Source: Deltaproteobacteria bacterium
GTDB lineage: Bacteria; Myxococcota_A; Polyangia; Fen-1088
Length of the DNA stretch: 64,000 bases
Direction of reading: 5' to 3'
Assembly (NCBI GenBank): GCA_033763315.1
Contig: JANRKS010000009.1
Span: 256,001-320,000, forward strand
A model generated the notes under the pieces. It ran no database searches. It had not been told where the DNA came from and was given only the letters and a program-made list of their open reading frames with translations. Below, in pieces: positions 39,562-48,628 of this stretch (its first letter is position 1; every line of letters starts with the position of its first letter). A program made the position numbers and the translations under genes.

Positions 39562-41184
39562 ATGGCCAAAAGCACGTTGCGGGCATCAATGGGTGTCAGC
39601 GTCGCGGTGATGTCCTCGCGCGTGTTGGGCGTTGTGCGCGAATCTGTGTTTGCGGCGATGTTTGGCGCAGGAAAAGTCAGCGACGCGTACCTCGTTGCTT
39701 TTCGCATACCGAACCTGTTGCGCGACTTGTTTGCGGAAGGTGCGTTATCAAGCGCGTTCGTGCCAACGTTCACCAAGACCTTGCAGGCCGAAGGTAAAGA
39801 TCGGGCCTTTGCGCTCGGTAACTTGGTGATGACCGCGCTTCTGCTCGTCACTGGATTGCTCACTCTGTTCGGCGTGATCTTCGCAGCGCCCTTGGTTGAG
39901 CTCATCTCAACCCTTGGCCGCAACGTTGACAAAGGCGCTCTTACGATACGTCTGACCCAGATCATGATGCCAGTGATGGCACTCATCAGCGTCAGCGCGG
40001 TTTGGATGGGGATGCTTAACGCTCAAAGCCGCTTCGTGGCGCCTGCGTTCGCGCCCGCTTTATTCAACGTGGTGTCGATCTGCGGCGGACTTGTGCTGAT
40101 GGGGTTGGGGCTGCCGCCCGAACGGGGTGTCGTTTGGTTTGCGTCCATCACGGTGCTCTCGGCAACCGCGCAGGCGTTTTGCCAGTGGCCTGCCCTATGG
40201 CGCACGGGCTTTCGCCCGCGGTTGAATCTGCGTGGGGTGTTCGCACATCCAGGCGTTCGAAGCATCGCGCGCATCATGGGACCAGCGGTACTCGGGCTGG
40301 CGGCGGTGCAGATCAACATCTTCATCAACACACGTTTTGCGCAGTCTTTGGGCGACGGACCACAAACCTACCTGAACAACGCCTTTCGTTTGTTCTACCT
40401 GCCCGTGGGTCTGTTTGGCGTCGCCTTGGCCACGGTTACCACCACGCGGGTTTCTGAAGAAGCCGCGCGTGGCGATCGAAAGGCCCTACTCGCAAAAACC
40501 ACCGAATCGCTCCGGGGCGTGTGGATGTTGGGCAGCGCCAGCACCATTGGTCTCGTCGTATTGGCGGAGCCCGTGGTCACGTTGCTGTATCAACGTGGCC
40601 GCTTCACCTATGACAACACGTTGGCCACAGCCATCACCACCCAAGCCTTTATCTTGGGCGTGCTGCCCTACAGCCTCATGAAAAACCTGGCTCCCGCGTT
40701 TTATGCAATCGACCGCCCGCGCGTTCCGATGGTGGCGTCCATGACGGCCGTGATTGCCAACCTCATCTTTAACGCCTTAACGTACAAGCGGCTCGGCGCG
40801 CCGGGCCTCGCGTTGGGCACCACGCTTAGCGCGACGATCAATTATCTGGTGCTGCGCGTGTGCTACGCGCGCCTGATCGGCTCCCTGCGCACGCCTGGCT
40901 GGTGGCGCTTGGCGGCAGGTCTCGTGGTCGCCAATGCGGCGTTGGCAGGATTGGCTTTCGCGTTCGAGCACGCCGGCCTCACCGCCGTGCGGAGCTTGGG
41001 CTTTGCGGTGGGCCCGGGCGGCAAAGGCTTCGCCGGCGCTTGCGTGCTGCTCGCCAGCATCAGCATCGCCTTCGTGGCGTACACGCAGGTTTTAAAGTGG
41101 TGCAAGTATCCGGGGGCCGCTGAGCTTGCCGATATGCCGCGCAAGTTAATCGGACGCCTCACGCGGCGACGCACACGGGCTTAG
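39562..41184 (+). CDS. murJ: Lipid II flippase MurJ (MviN)
   Basis: SRVLGVVRE, AFRIPNLLRDLFAEGALSSAFVP, RLFYLPVGLFGVAL; many TMs. Confidence 0.95.
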   Translation: MAKSTLRASMGVSVAVMSSRVLGVVRESVFAAMFGAGKVSDAYLVAFRIPNLLRDLFAEGALSSAFVPTFTKTLQAEGKDRAFALGNLVMTALLLVTGLLTLFGVIFAAPLVELISTLGRNVDKGALTIRLTQIMMPVMALISVSAVWMGMLNAQSRFVAPAFAPALFNVVSICGGLVLMGLGLPPERGVVWFASITVLSATAQAFCQWPALWRTGFRPRLNLRGVFAHPGVRSIARIMGPAVLGLAAVQINIFINTRFAQSLGDGPQTYLNNAFRLFYLPVGLFGVALATVTTTRVSEEAARGDRKALLAKTTESLRGVWMLGSASTIGLVVLAEPVVTLLYQRGRFTYDNTLATAITTQAFILGVLPYSLMKNLAPAFYAIDRPRVPMVASMTAVIANLIFNALTYKRLGAPGLALGTTLSATINYLVLRVCYARLIGSLRTPGWWRLAAGLVVANAALAGLAFAFEHAGLTAVRSLGFAVGPGGKGFAGACVLLASISIAFVAYTQVLKWCKYPGAAELADMPRKLIGRLTRRRTRA

Positions 41185-42029
41185 CGCACGTCGTTCGACT
41201 GCCGGGCGTTCTCTAGATCCGGGAACACGTAGATCAATCGCCCGGCCTCGGTCACGTGCACGTCCACGTGCCGGCCGTCCACCAAGCTATCCAAAAGGTG
41301 CTCGGCGTCTTTTATGTCCATGTTCAACGAGGCGGCCACGTCTGCCACACTGAGCCTGCCTTCCCGCTGCCGGGCCAGTTGCAGAATTCGTTGGCGCTGC
41401 TGTTTTTCTTCAACTTCGCGCGCGGCCTCTTTCAAGCTGCCCGCGCGTCGCAGGGCCGTGACAGCTCCGGTGATCAGCAAAGCGCCCGGGGTGGCCACGA
41501 CCGCCGTGGCAGCCAAGCCGGCGTCGCCCATCATCGCCGCAATTGTGCCCATCGAGAACGGTATCGACATGACGCCCAAACCGATGCCGCGCGCGCGTGC
41601 TTTGCGGCTGCGCCGTTCCATCTCCACCGCGGCTGGCTGTTGCGGCATCAACGCCAATGATCCGCCGGTCAGCGGCATCACGGGCATCGCCGGAAGCAGT
41701 GCCATGCCTTGGCTGCCCATCGGCAACAGCGCCCGCGGTGCCGTGTCAGGCAGCAACTTCTTGCAGCTGGTGCAGATCAAGCGGTCGCGGCGCACAAAGA
41801 AAAATAGGATCGGCAACACGAAGTTGATCGGCAGCAAAGCCACCAGCTTTGCCACGTTCATCCCGCGTGAAAAATACTTCTGTGGCGGCAGCGTTTGGCC
41901 ACAGCGATAGCAGCTGAACGCCAACACTTTGGGCACCTGATCCGAAAGCGTGACCCGGATCTTGCCCCCGCAGCCCGAACAGAACCGCGCTCCTTCGGAA
42001 ACCTCCGCCGCACACTGAGGGCAACGCAT
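41181..42029 (-). CDS. Double zinc-ribbon membrane protein with C-terminal winged-helix-like domain
   Basis: CPQC/CSGC; CYRC-hydrophobic helix-CTSC; two TMs; GRLSVADVAASLNM...GRLIYVFP. Confidence 0.75.
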   Translation of the reverse strand: MRCPQCAAEVSEGARFCSGCGGKIRVTLSDQVPKVLAFSCYRCGQTLPPQKYFSRGMNVAKLVALLPINFVLPILFFFVRRDRLICTSCKKLLPDTAPRALLPMGSQGMALLPAMPVMPLTGGSLALMPQQPAAVEMERRSRKARARGIGLGVMSIPFSMGTIAAMMGDAGLAATAVVATPGALLITGAVTALRRAGSLKEAAREVEEKQQRQRILQLARQREGRLSVADVAASLNMDIKDAEHLLDSLVDGRHVDVHVTEAGRLIYVFPDLENARQSNDVR

Positions 42030-42076
42030 GAGTGGTGATCATAACAGGGAACCCAGGCGGGCCGCACCCGCGCCCC

Positions 42077-42112
42077 AAAAAACGAAGCCCCCGGACCTGG
42101 TGGTGCGGGGGC
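42077..42112 (-). terminator. Intrinsic terminator of the VWA lipoprotein gene
   Basis: GCCCCCGGACC/GGTGCGGGGGC stem with a nearby T-run on the minus strand. Confidence 0.6.
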
Positions 42113-42133
42113 CTTGTTCAGCGTATGTGGTGT

Positions 42134-43588
42134 TTACGGGCAGCGAGGATCGTCTGCCAGCGCGCAGGACCGGCACTTGACCGACTGAATCGTTCCCTTC
42201 GCCGCTTCCTTACCGCCGCGGTCCACGATCACCCGGTAGTTGCCAGCCTTGCACATGTTGCCGTTCTCGCCGGGCGCCTGCAACTTCCAGCAAGGTGCTG
42301 GGCCTTTGCCGCATTCAGGCAGCACGGTGTCGTCGAAGGCACCCGTGTTGCTATCGGGCACGCGGTCAACAACCGAGCATTCAGCTTGGATCCCAGCCGT
42401 CTTGGTGTCTGTGTCGATCAGCTTTTCACTGATGCAACCTGGATCCAGACGAGCGGCGATGAGATCGCCCAAGCGCTTGAGCGCTGGGCTGTAGTCACTG
42501 TTGCAGATGCTCTCGATGGTGCCGTTGTCGCCAAAGGACTTCACAAACTGTGACACGCGCAAAGAGGGAGCGGCTGTTCCGTCTGCGCCGGAATTGCACA
42601 CTGGTTCGACGTCCAGAAGGTCCGGACCTTGCGGCTGCTTGGAGACCGTGAAGGCGTACTGTGTGCCTTCTTCCCTCGCCGGGATGCCCGTGATCGCCGA
42701 GACAATAATGCGATCGGGGAAGTTTGGCTTCAGGCTCAAGACGAAGTTCTTGATGTCGTCGACGGGGATGAGGCGACCCTTGGGGTTCGGGCTGCAGGTT
42801 GTGAGCGGCGACATGAAAGCCTTCCCCGGGACCGGCTCGCCATTGCAAAGGTGGCCGGCGATGTTGCACCGCAAAGAGCCGGTTTGCGTGTCTCCGAAGC
42901 TTTGGTCTGCAAACAAATCAGACGTGGGTGGAGCAGAGCAATCATCTTCGTCAGTAATTAAGACGATCGCCAAGAAGGCGTCTTTGCGCAAAAAGCCGGC
43001 GTTCTTTGGCGTCACGTTCTCCGCGAGTGCCACGCGCACCGACTGGAGCTGATGTTCAAAGCCACAGCCGCTTGTGCCCAAGTCGGCGATGCATGAAAAC
43101 ACATCTTCAAGCTTACCCATGAAGTTCTTTTGGGTATCGTTGTTCAGCGAAATGATGAAGTTGGCGTCGGCGTTCAGGCCGCAACCCGCTTTCGCTTGGA
43201 ACTCACCCTTGTCACCGCCGGGACGGTTGCAGGCCGGGTTCCCGGAGATGAAAACGTTGCCGGCGCCCACGTCGCTGGAAATGACCCCGATGTGAACGTT
43301 CGGCAAACCACCTGGGATCTGGCGAAGGGTTTCGATCAAGGTCGGAAAATTCTTCCGAAGCTTCGTTTGCTCCTCCTTCATCGAACCCGAGTTGTCGATC
43401 ATGAACAACAGGTCCAAATCGCGGATCGGATTCACGGCGTAGAAGCGGTCCGCTTGGCCTTCAGGCTCTGGCTTCGGGGCTTGAAACGGCGCTGAATTGC
43501 AAGCGCCAAGGGCTAACGCCCCAACAACAAACGCGGAGCCCAAAGCTTGCGCGCAGGGGAATGTGGGTCGACTTGAACGGCTGGTCAT
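42134..43588 (-). CDS. Cys-rich VWA-domain lipoprotein
   Basis: Lipobox LGAC; MIDAS DLLFMIDNSGSM; GFLRKDAFLAIVLITDEDDCS; many Cys; GGAGG RBS. Confidence 0.85.
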   Translation of the reverse strand: MTSRSSRPTFPCAQALGSAFVVGALALGACNSAPFQAPKPEPEGQADRFYAVNPIRDLDLLFMIDNSGSMKEEQTKLRKNFPTLIETLRQIPGGLPNVHIGVISSDVGAGNVFISGNPACNRPGGDKGEFQAKAGCGLNADANFIISLNNDTQKNFMGKLEDVFSCIADLGTSGCGFEHQLQSVRVALAENVTPKNAGFLRKDAFLAIVLITDEDDCSAPPTSDLFADQSFGDTQTGSLRCNIAGHLCNGEPVPGKAFMSPLTTCSPNPKGRLIPVDDIKNFVLSLKPNFPDRIIVSAITGIPAREEGTQYAFTVSKQPQGPDLLDVEPVCNSGADGTAAPSLRVSQFVKSFGDNGTIESICNSDYSPALKRLGDLIAARLDPGCISEKLIDTDTKTAGIQAECSVVDRVPDSNTGAFDDTVLPECGKGPAPCWKLQAPGENGNMCKAGNYRVIVDRGGKEAAKGTIQSVKCRSCALADDPRCP

Positions 43589-43627
43589 CACGGGTAATTC
43601 CTCCGGGGAGTGCACGGCCTACTCTAG

Positions 43628-43643
43628 AGCAAAGCGTGGGCCA
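43628..43643 (-). promoter_or_regulatory. Putative sigma54 -24/-12 promoter
   Basis: TGGCCCACGCTTTGCT (GG-N10-GC) 40 nt upstream of ATG 43588, with an AT-rich tract further upstream. Confidence 0.6.
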
Positions 43644-43737
43644 TTAGGAAGCGGGTCGAAAGGATTAATTTTCAAGGCCTTACGGAGGCCTATGTCAATG
43701 CAGTTGTCTCACGGGTGCCAACCTTGTTGGCGGCGAG

Positions 43738-44772
43738 CTATTGAGCGGCAGCAGGTGGGCTCTCGGGCGCGCCTGGATTCGCGCCAACGCCTTCGGCATC
43801 GGGGTGTGCTCCAACGGCCGCGGGGTTTGCCTGTTTTGACGCCACAGTCTCGTTCTTCTTGTGCGGCTTTGCCATCACCAGCCAATCCGCGACGCGGGCG
43901 AAATCTCCAAACCGGGTCATCTTTGCCTCGGCGCCCAAAAACGCCATGGCTGTGCGGCGGCCGTCAATCTTGGCCGCGATGACCAAACAGTACCGCGCGA
44001 AATCATTGAAGCCGGTCTTCCCGCCCAGGATCTCGGCGTTGCGGCGCATGGCCGGCTTGTACGTGTTGACATACGGGATGGGCGGCTTGGACACGGGATG
44101 GGCGCTGTATTCCAAGCGGCCCAGGATCGGTGCGAGGGTGGGGTGCGCCAACGCCGTTTGCAGCATCAAGATGGTCTCGCGCGGCGTGGATACATTCTCC
44201 CGCGACAGGCCCGTGGGCTCGCGAAAGCGCGTGTGCTTAAGCCCCAACGCTTGCGCTTTCTTCGTCATCGCCTTTGCGAAATCCGCGGCGTTGAGCCCCA
44301 GCGAGCGGCCCATGGCGGAAATCGCGCGGTTGTCGGAGCCCATCAACCCGGCATGCAAAAGGTCCAAGTTCGACACCGTCATCCCCGTCAGCAGGCGGCT
44401 TTTCGCGCCACCCTTGGCAACGTCGGCGTCTGTTTGCGTGATCGTGGTCAGCTCATCGAGGATCAAGCCCTTGTCCATCGCCACCAGCACGGCCGCCAGC
44501 TTCGAAATGGAGGCAATCGGGCGCTCAACGTCACCGCTTTTGCTGTAGAGGTCGGTGCCGGTATCCATGTCGATGGCCAGCGCGCCCGCGGCTTGAACGT
44601 TTGGCAGGTTGCCTTTGAGCCAGGCCACGGGTCGTTCGCGCGCGATCTTGGGCGCTTTGGCGCGTCGACGCGGTTTTGCGGGCTTCTTCTTCGCCCACGC
44701 ATCGGTGGGCGCCAACAACAGCCCGCCAACGGTCGTGGCCATGGCCCAGGAAATTAAATCTCGGCGAAACAC
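43738..44772 (-). CDS. Peptidase S11 D-alanyl-D-alanine endopeptidase (PbpG-like)
   Basis: ASISK (SxxK), SDN, KTG motifs; RR-containing signal peptide. Confidence 0.88.
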   Translation of the reverse strand: MFRRDLISWAMATTVGGLLLAPTDAWAKKKPAKPRRRAKAPKIARERPVAWLKGNLPNVQAAGALAIDMDTGTDLYSKSGDVERPIASISKLAAVLVAMDKGLILDELTTITQTDADVAKGGAKSRLLTGMTVSNLDLLHAGLMGSDNRAISAMGRSLGLNAADFAKAMTKKAQALGLKHTRFREPTGLSRENVSTPRETILMLQTALAHPTLAPILGRLEYSAHPVSKPPIPYVNTYKPAMRRNAEILGGKTGFNDFARYCLVIAAKIDGRRTAMAFLGAEAKMTRFGDFARVADWLVMAKPHKKNETVASKQANPAAVGAHPDAEGVGANPGAPESPPAAAQ

Positions 44773-44916
44773 AACCGCCTTACCTTAGCGGCTCTGCCGG
44801 CCAAGGCCAATAAGTTGGTTAACCCCCGGGCCTCGCTGATGCACCTCGGGAGCCTGACGCCTCGCAACCGTTGGCCTCTTGGTCATCTGAGGAGGTCTGT
44901 ACTACGCTTGCTCAAG

Positions 44917-45114
44917 ATGCAACCCTTTCGCAACCTGTTGCCACCCGTCGGCGAACCAACCCCAGCCTCGCTCAGGATGTTGGAGTGCCTGGAAATGTAC
45001 GACGAGGGCGTGGAGCTGCAAACGTTGAACTTCCGCCGCAGGTTTCCGCATCTTTCCGATGCGCAAATTGACGAGCTTGTTCAGGATTGGCTTGAACGTC
45101 GTGAGGAGACTTGA
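44917..45114 (+). CDS. MenA1 (Rv0078B)-like antitoxin
   Basis: LEMYDEGVELQTLNFRRRFPHLSDAQIDELVQDW resembles recalled MenA1 LDMYEVGEQMQRMRL.RERP.AD..EIEAAIDAW; overlaps the toxin remnant. Confidence 0.6.
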   Translation: MQPFRNLLPPVGEPTPASLRMLECLEMYDEGVELQTLNFRRRFPHLSDAQIDELVQDWLERREET

Positions 45115-45442
45115 AGCTCGCACGCGCGCTGCTTGTGACTTCATCTTTGCGACAACAGGCATTGAAGCCGAGATAGTCAGGAATGCGTCTGCAACGGAAG
45201 TGTTCGCGGATGTGCTCGTGCCCACGGCTACGGCCGAAGCGCTCTTGGCTATGAAGACCCTCGCTTCGACCCCCCAAAGACCACGAGATGCCGGTGACAT
45301 CCGTGCGATTGTTCTTGCCAACCCTGACTTCGACGAGGCGAAAGTCATCGAGTACTTAAGAACCATCGCGCAGCGGGGATGTGCCAGGGGCCAAGATCTT
45401 GAGGAGAAGTGGAGGCGTTTGCGACGTGAACTGGGCGTTTAG
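45101..45442 (+). pseudogene. MenT1 (Rv0078A)-like nucleotidyltransferase toxin, catalytic N-half deleted in frame
   Basis: DFIFATTGIEAEIV...TATAEALLAMK...RPRDAGDIRAI...RG.ARGQDL..KW matches the recalled MenT1 C-half; no GG/DxD motif present. Confidence 0.65.
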
Positions 45443-45473
45443 CCAAAGGTCCGAAGAATGTGACCGGGCCCGA

Positions 45474-46760
45474 TTAACCGACCAACAACAAGTGCAAATC
45501 GAGCAAGTTCGAGGTGCCGGGCCCCTTCACCAAAGCGCCAAGCGCTCCCAACACCGTGGCCGAATCGCTATTCGCCAAGGCCTGTTCCGGAGCCAGCCCA
45601 CGTGCCACAGCCAGGTTCCAAGTGTCGCCGTCCACCACCGCCCCCGAGGCATCCGCGCTGCCGTCGCGATCGTCGGTGCCCGCCGCCAAGAAAGCCACGC
45701 CTGCTTGCCCCGCGATGCCTCTGGCCACAAGCAAGGCCAAATGGGTGGCACGTCCGCCTTTGCCTGATCCAGTGACCACGATGGATGGCTCGCCGTTGCC
45801 GACGAATACGCGGGGTTTGCCTCCCGCCGACCGTTCACGCAAGGCGCGGTCCACATACGCCTGCGCCAACGCGTGCACGTCAGATTCAACGTTCTGCGAA
45901 AGCAGGCCGGCTAAAACCCCATGTGCTTCAACCGCCGCGCGCGCTTCTGTCACCACGATTTCGGGCCCGGCCAGAATCTCGTACGCCACGTGATTTAAAC
46001 GGCCGTCTTCGGGCTTGGGGGTCTCGGGCAGCAGGCCTTGCGCTCCTTTTCGCAGATGCTCAACCACAGCCGCCGGCGCATCAGGTGCCAGCCGCTGGAG
46101 CAGTGCCTGGGCTTGGGCGAACGTGGTGGGATCCGGCGAAAATGGACCCGAAGCGATGGTGGCGGGATCGTTGCCCACCACATCAGACAGCGACCAGACG
46201 TGGGTGCGCGCTTTGGTGGCCACGCCCAACTGGCCTCCCTTGAGACGTGACAGGTGCTTACGAACGGTGTTGAGTTCACCGATGGACGCGCCGTTGCGCG
46301 AAACAGCCTTCACGGCGGCACGCTTATCGTCCAACGTCAGCCCAACAGCGGGGGCGCACACCAACGAAGAGCCTCCCCCCGAAAGCAGAACCAGCAACTG
46401 ATCGTCCGCGTTGAGCCCTTGCACAAACGCGAACGCGGCTTCGCCCGCCGCGCGGGACCGCTCCGACGGGTTGGGGTGATCGCTCACCAAAGCCTGAACG
46501 CCGATGGGCAACTGCACTTTTTCCGGAAAACGGGTCGCCGGTGCGACGAGTAGCCCCTTGTTGATCCGCGGTGCTTCCGCAAACAACCCGTTGAACATCG
46601 GGAATGAAACTTTACCGATCGCCAACACGGCGGTGAACGAGTCGGTCAAGCTCTGTTGCAGCCGGCTGCTCACGAGCACGGCGCCGTCCACGCGAGTCGC
46701 CACCTCCACAAACACCTTTCGGAGCAAGCCAGGGCCTGACGTCGCGCCTGATGAAGTCAT
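45474..46760 (-). CDS. Glycerate 2-kinase / hydroxypyruvate reductase, MOFRL family
   Basis: AIGK, DHPNP, LLSGGGSSL, ELNTVRKHLSRLKGGQL, SDVVGND...IASGP, AGTDDRDG, TSNLLD. Confidence 0.9.
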   Translation of the reverse strand: MTSSGATSGPGLLRKVFVEVATRVDGAVLVSSRLQQSLTDSFTAVLAIGKVSFPMFNGLFAEAPRINKGLLVAPATRFPEKVQLPIGVQALVSDHPNPSERSRAAGEAAFAFVQGLNADDQLLVLLSGGGSSLVCAPAVGLTLDDKRAAVKAVSRNGASIGELNTVRKHLSRLKGGQLGVATKARTHVWSLSDVVGNDPATIASGPFSPDPTTFAQAQALLQRLAPDAPAAVVEHLRKGAQGLLPETPKPEDGRLNHVAYEILAGPEIVVTEARAAVEAHGVLAGLLSQNVESDVHALAQAYVDRALRERSAGGKPRVFVGNGEPSIVVTGSGKGGRATHLALLVARGIAGQAGVAFLAAGTDDRDGSADASGAVVDGDTWNLAVARGLAPEQALANSDSATVLGALGALVKGPGTSNLLDLHLLLVG

Positions 46761-46833
46761 CCGCGAACGTTGGTGGATGTGGCCTACCAGGTCAAGACGC
46801 ATCCCTTGTCCGCGTCGAACCCGTAACTAGAGT

Positions 46834-46862
46834 TTGATCAAAGTAGCTACAGTAGCTACCGT
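46834..46862 (+). promoter_or_regulatory. TA promoter with tandem palindromic operator
   Basis: TTGATC-N17-TACCGT overlapped by GTAGCTAC-A-GTAGCTAC (46843-46859). Confidence 0.7.
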
Positions 46863-46868
46863 GAACGG

Positions 46869-47189
46869 ATGAAGGCCGTGGGAATCAAAAACCTCAAGAA
46901 CAACCTCAGCCGCTACCTTGATTTGGTTCGGGAAGGGGAAGTGGTTTACGTTACTGATCGCGACGAAATCATCGCAGAGATTCATCGGCCGGTGAGCCCC
47001 GCGACCGTGGTCTTCTCGCGCTGGGAGGCCTTCTTGAATGAGCAAGAGCGAACGGGTGGCGTCTTGCGCAGCACGCAGACGGGGCCCTCCCAGGTGCATA
47101 GCTTGACCGCGAGGCTGACAGACGCCGGTGGTGGCGTGAACCTCCAAGACGTGATGGATGAACTTCGCAGCGATAGGTTCGATGGATGA
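46869..47189 (+). CDS. Phd/YefM family antitoxin
   Basis: MKAVGIKNLKNNLSRYLDLVREGEVVYVTDR; ATGA overlap with the PIN gene. Confidence 0.9.
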   Translation: MKAVGIKNLKNNLSRYLDLVREGEVVYVTDRDEIIAEIHRPVSPATVVFSRWEAFLNEQERTGGVLRSTQTGPSQVHSLTARLTDAGGGVNLQDVMDELRSDRFDG

Positions 47190-47626
47190 GCCTTGTGTAT
47201 TTCGACTCAAGCGTTGTCCTTGCTTTTCTCCTCAACGAAAAGCGCGCAGCGCAAGGGCGCACCTTGTGGGCCGAAAACAAATCACGATGCTCTTCAATCC
47301 TGCTTGAAGCTGAGGTTTGGGTCGGCTTGCGACGACATCGTCATCGGTTAGGAAGCACCGTGGGGGATGAATGGCTCGACGTGAGGTTGCAGGTTTTCTC
47401 GGAACTGGTGAAAGAAGCTTCATTGGTGGTCTTCGACTCCAATGTCATCGCCGCGCTAAAGTCGGAAGCCATTTTCGCGGAATGCCGTTCGCCGGACGCA
47501 ATCCACTTAGCAACCGCGATGCGCGTTCGTTCCTATGCCGACGGGTCTTTGCGTCTCGCGACGTTCGACGAGCGTATGCTGCAAACTGCCCGACGATTAA
47601 AAATCGAGTGCATTGGTGATGCATAG
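47186..47626 (+). CDS. vapC: VapC-like PIN-domain toxin
   Basis: YFDSS, LEAEV, DAIHLATA, TFDERM acidic PIN residues. Confidence 0.88.
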   Translation: MSLVYFDSSVVLAFLLNEKRAAQGRTLWAENKSRCSSILLEAEVWVGLRRHRHRLGSTVGDEWLDVRLQVFSELVKEASLVVFDSNVIAALKSEAIFAECRSPDAIHLATAMRVRSYADGSLRLATFDERMLQTARRLKIECIGDA

Positions 47627-47680
47627 GGGACGCCACCAGCGGCGCTTGACCTCACCACGCGCATGCCGTTTGATGCGGCG

Positions 47681-48628
47681 ATGTCCAACCCCGTTGTGTG
47701 GTGCAACTTCAGCTTCAGCGAACCCGCACTGGCCCGGCTGCGGGATGGCTTGCGCGGTTACGAACTGATCACGGATGGCGATTCCGGGTCGTTGGCGCGG
47801 GCGCATTTCGCATTCGGGCAACCTCCGCCGCAGGGCTTGCAGACCAGTGAGGCCCTGCGTTTTGTGCAGCTCACGAGTGCTGGTTATACGGCATACGAGA
47901 ACAAGGAATTTCAGCAAGCTTTGAAGCAACGAGGCGTGCCATTGGCCAAGGCTTCGTGGGTCTATGATGAACCGTGCGCCGATCATGCGTTGGCCTTCAT
48001 GCTGTGTGCTGCACGGGCGTTGCCTTTGGCCCAGCAAGAGCAACGCGAAACCCGCGCTTGGTCAACCGCTCGGCTGCGCCAAAAATCTTTTCTGCTGCGT
48101 GACCAAAATGTTTTGATCGTCGGCTTCGGTTCGATCGGCCGCCGTTTGGCAGAACGCCTGGCGCCCTTTGGAGCCATCGTGCGCGGCGCGCGGCGCTCGC
48201 CGGGAAGCGACGAGCCTGTGCCGATGGTGTCTACCGACAACGCCGACTTCGCCTCATGGTTGGCCGCAGCGGATCACGTGGTGAATGTGCTGCCGCTCAA
48301 CACCGGCACGAACGCTTTCTTCAATGACAGCCGCTTTGGCACGATGAAAGCAGGCGCCTTGTTCTACAACATTGGCCGCGGGGGCACGGTGGACCAAGCG
48401 GCGCTGCAAACGGCTTTGCAAAGTGGTCGCCTGGCAGGTGCCTATCTCGACGTCACCGTACCCGAGCCGCTGCCGCCAACTCACCCTTTATGGCAGGCGC
48501 CCAACTGTTTCATCACGCCCCACACCGCGGGCGGCCACGCCAATGAACAAGAGCGACTGGTGGATCTCTTTCTCGGCAACCTTTCGCGGTTGGGCCGCGG
48601 CGAGCCGTTGATTGATCGGGTGTTCTAG
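47681..48628 (+). CDS. D-2-hydroxyacid dehydrogenase (NAD(P)-binding)
   Basis: GFGSIG, NIGRG, AYLDVT.PEPLP, ITPHTAG. Confidence 0.92.
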   Translation: MSNPVVWCNFSFSEPALARLRDGLRGYELITDGDSGSLARAHFAFGQPPPQGLQTSEALRFVQLTSAGYTAYENKEFQQALKQRGVPLAKASWVYDEPCADHALAFMLCAARALPLAQQEQRETRAWSTARLRQKSFLLRDQNVLIVGFGSIGRRLAERLAPFGAIVRGARRSPGSDEPVPMVSTDNADFASWLAAADHVVNVLPLNTGTNAFFNDSRFGTMKAGALFYNIGRGGTVDQAALQTALQSGRLAGAYLDVTVPEPLPPTHPLWQAPNCFITPHTAGGHANEQERLVDLFLGNLSRLGRGEPLIDRVF

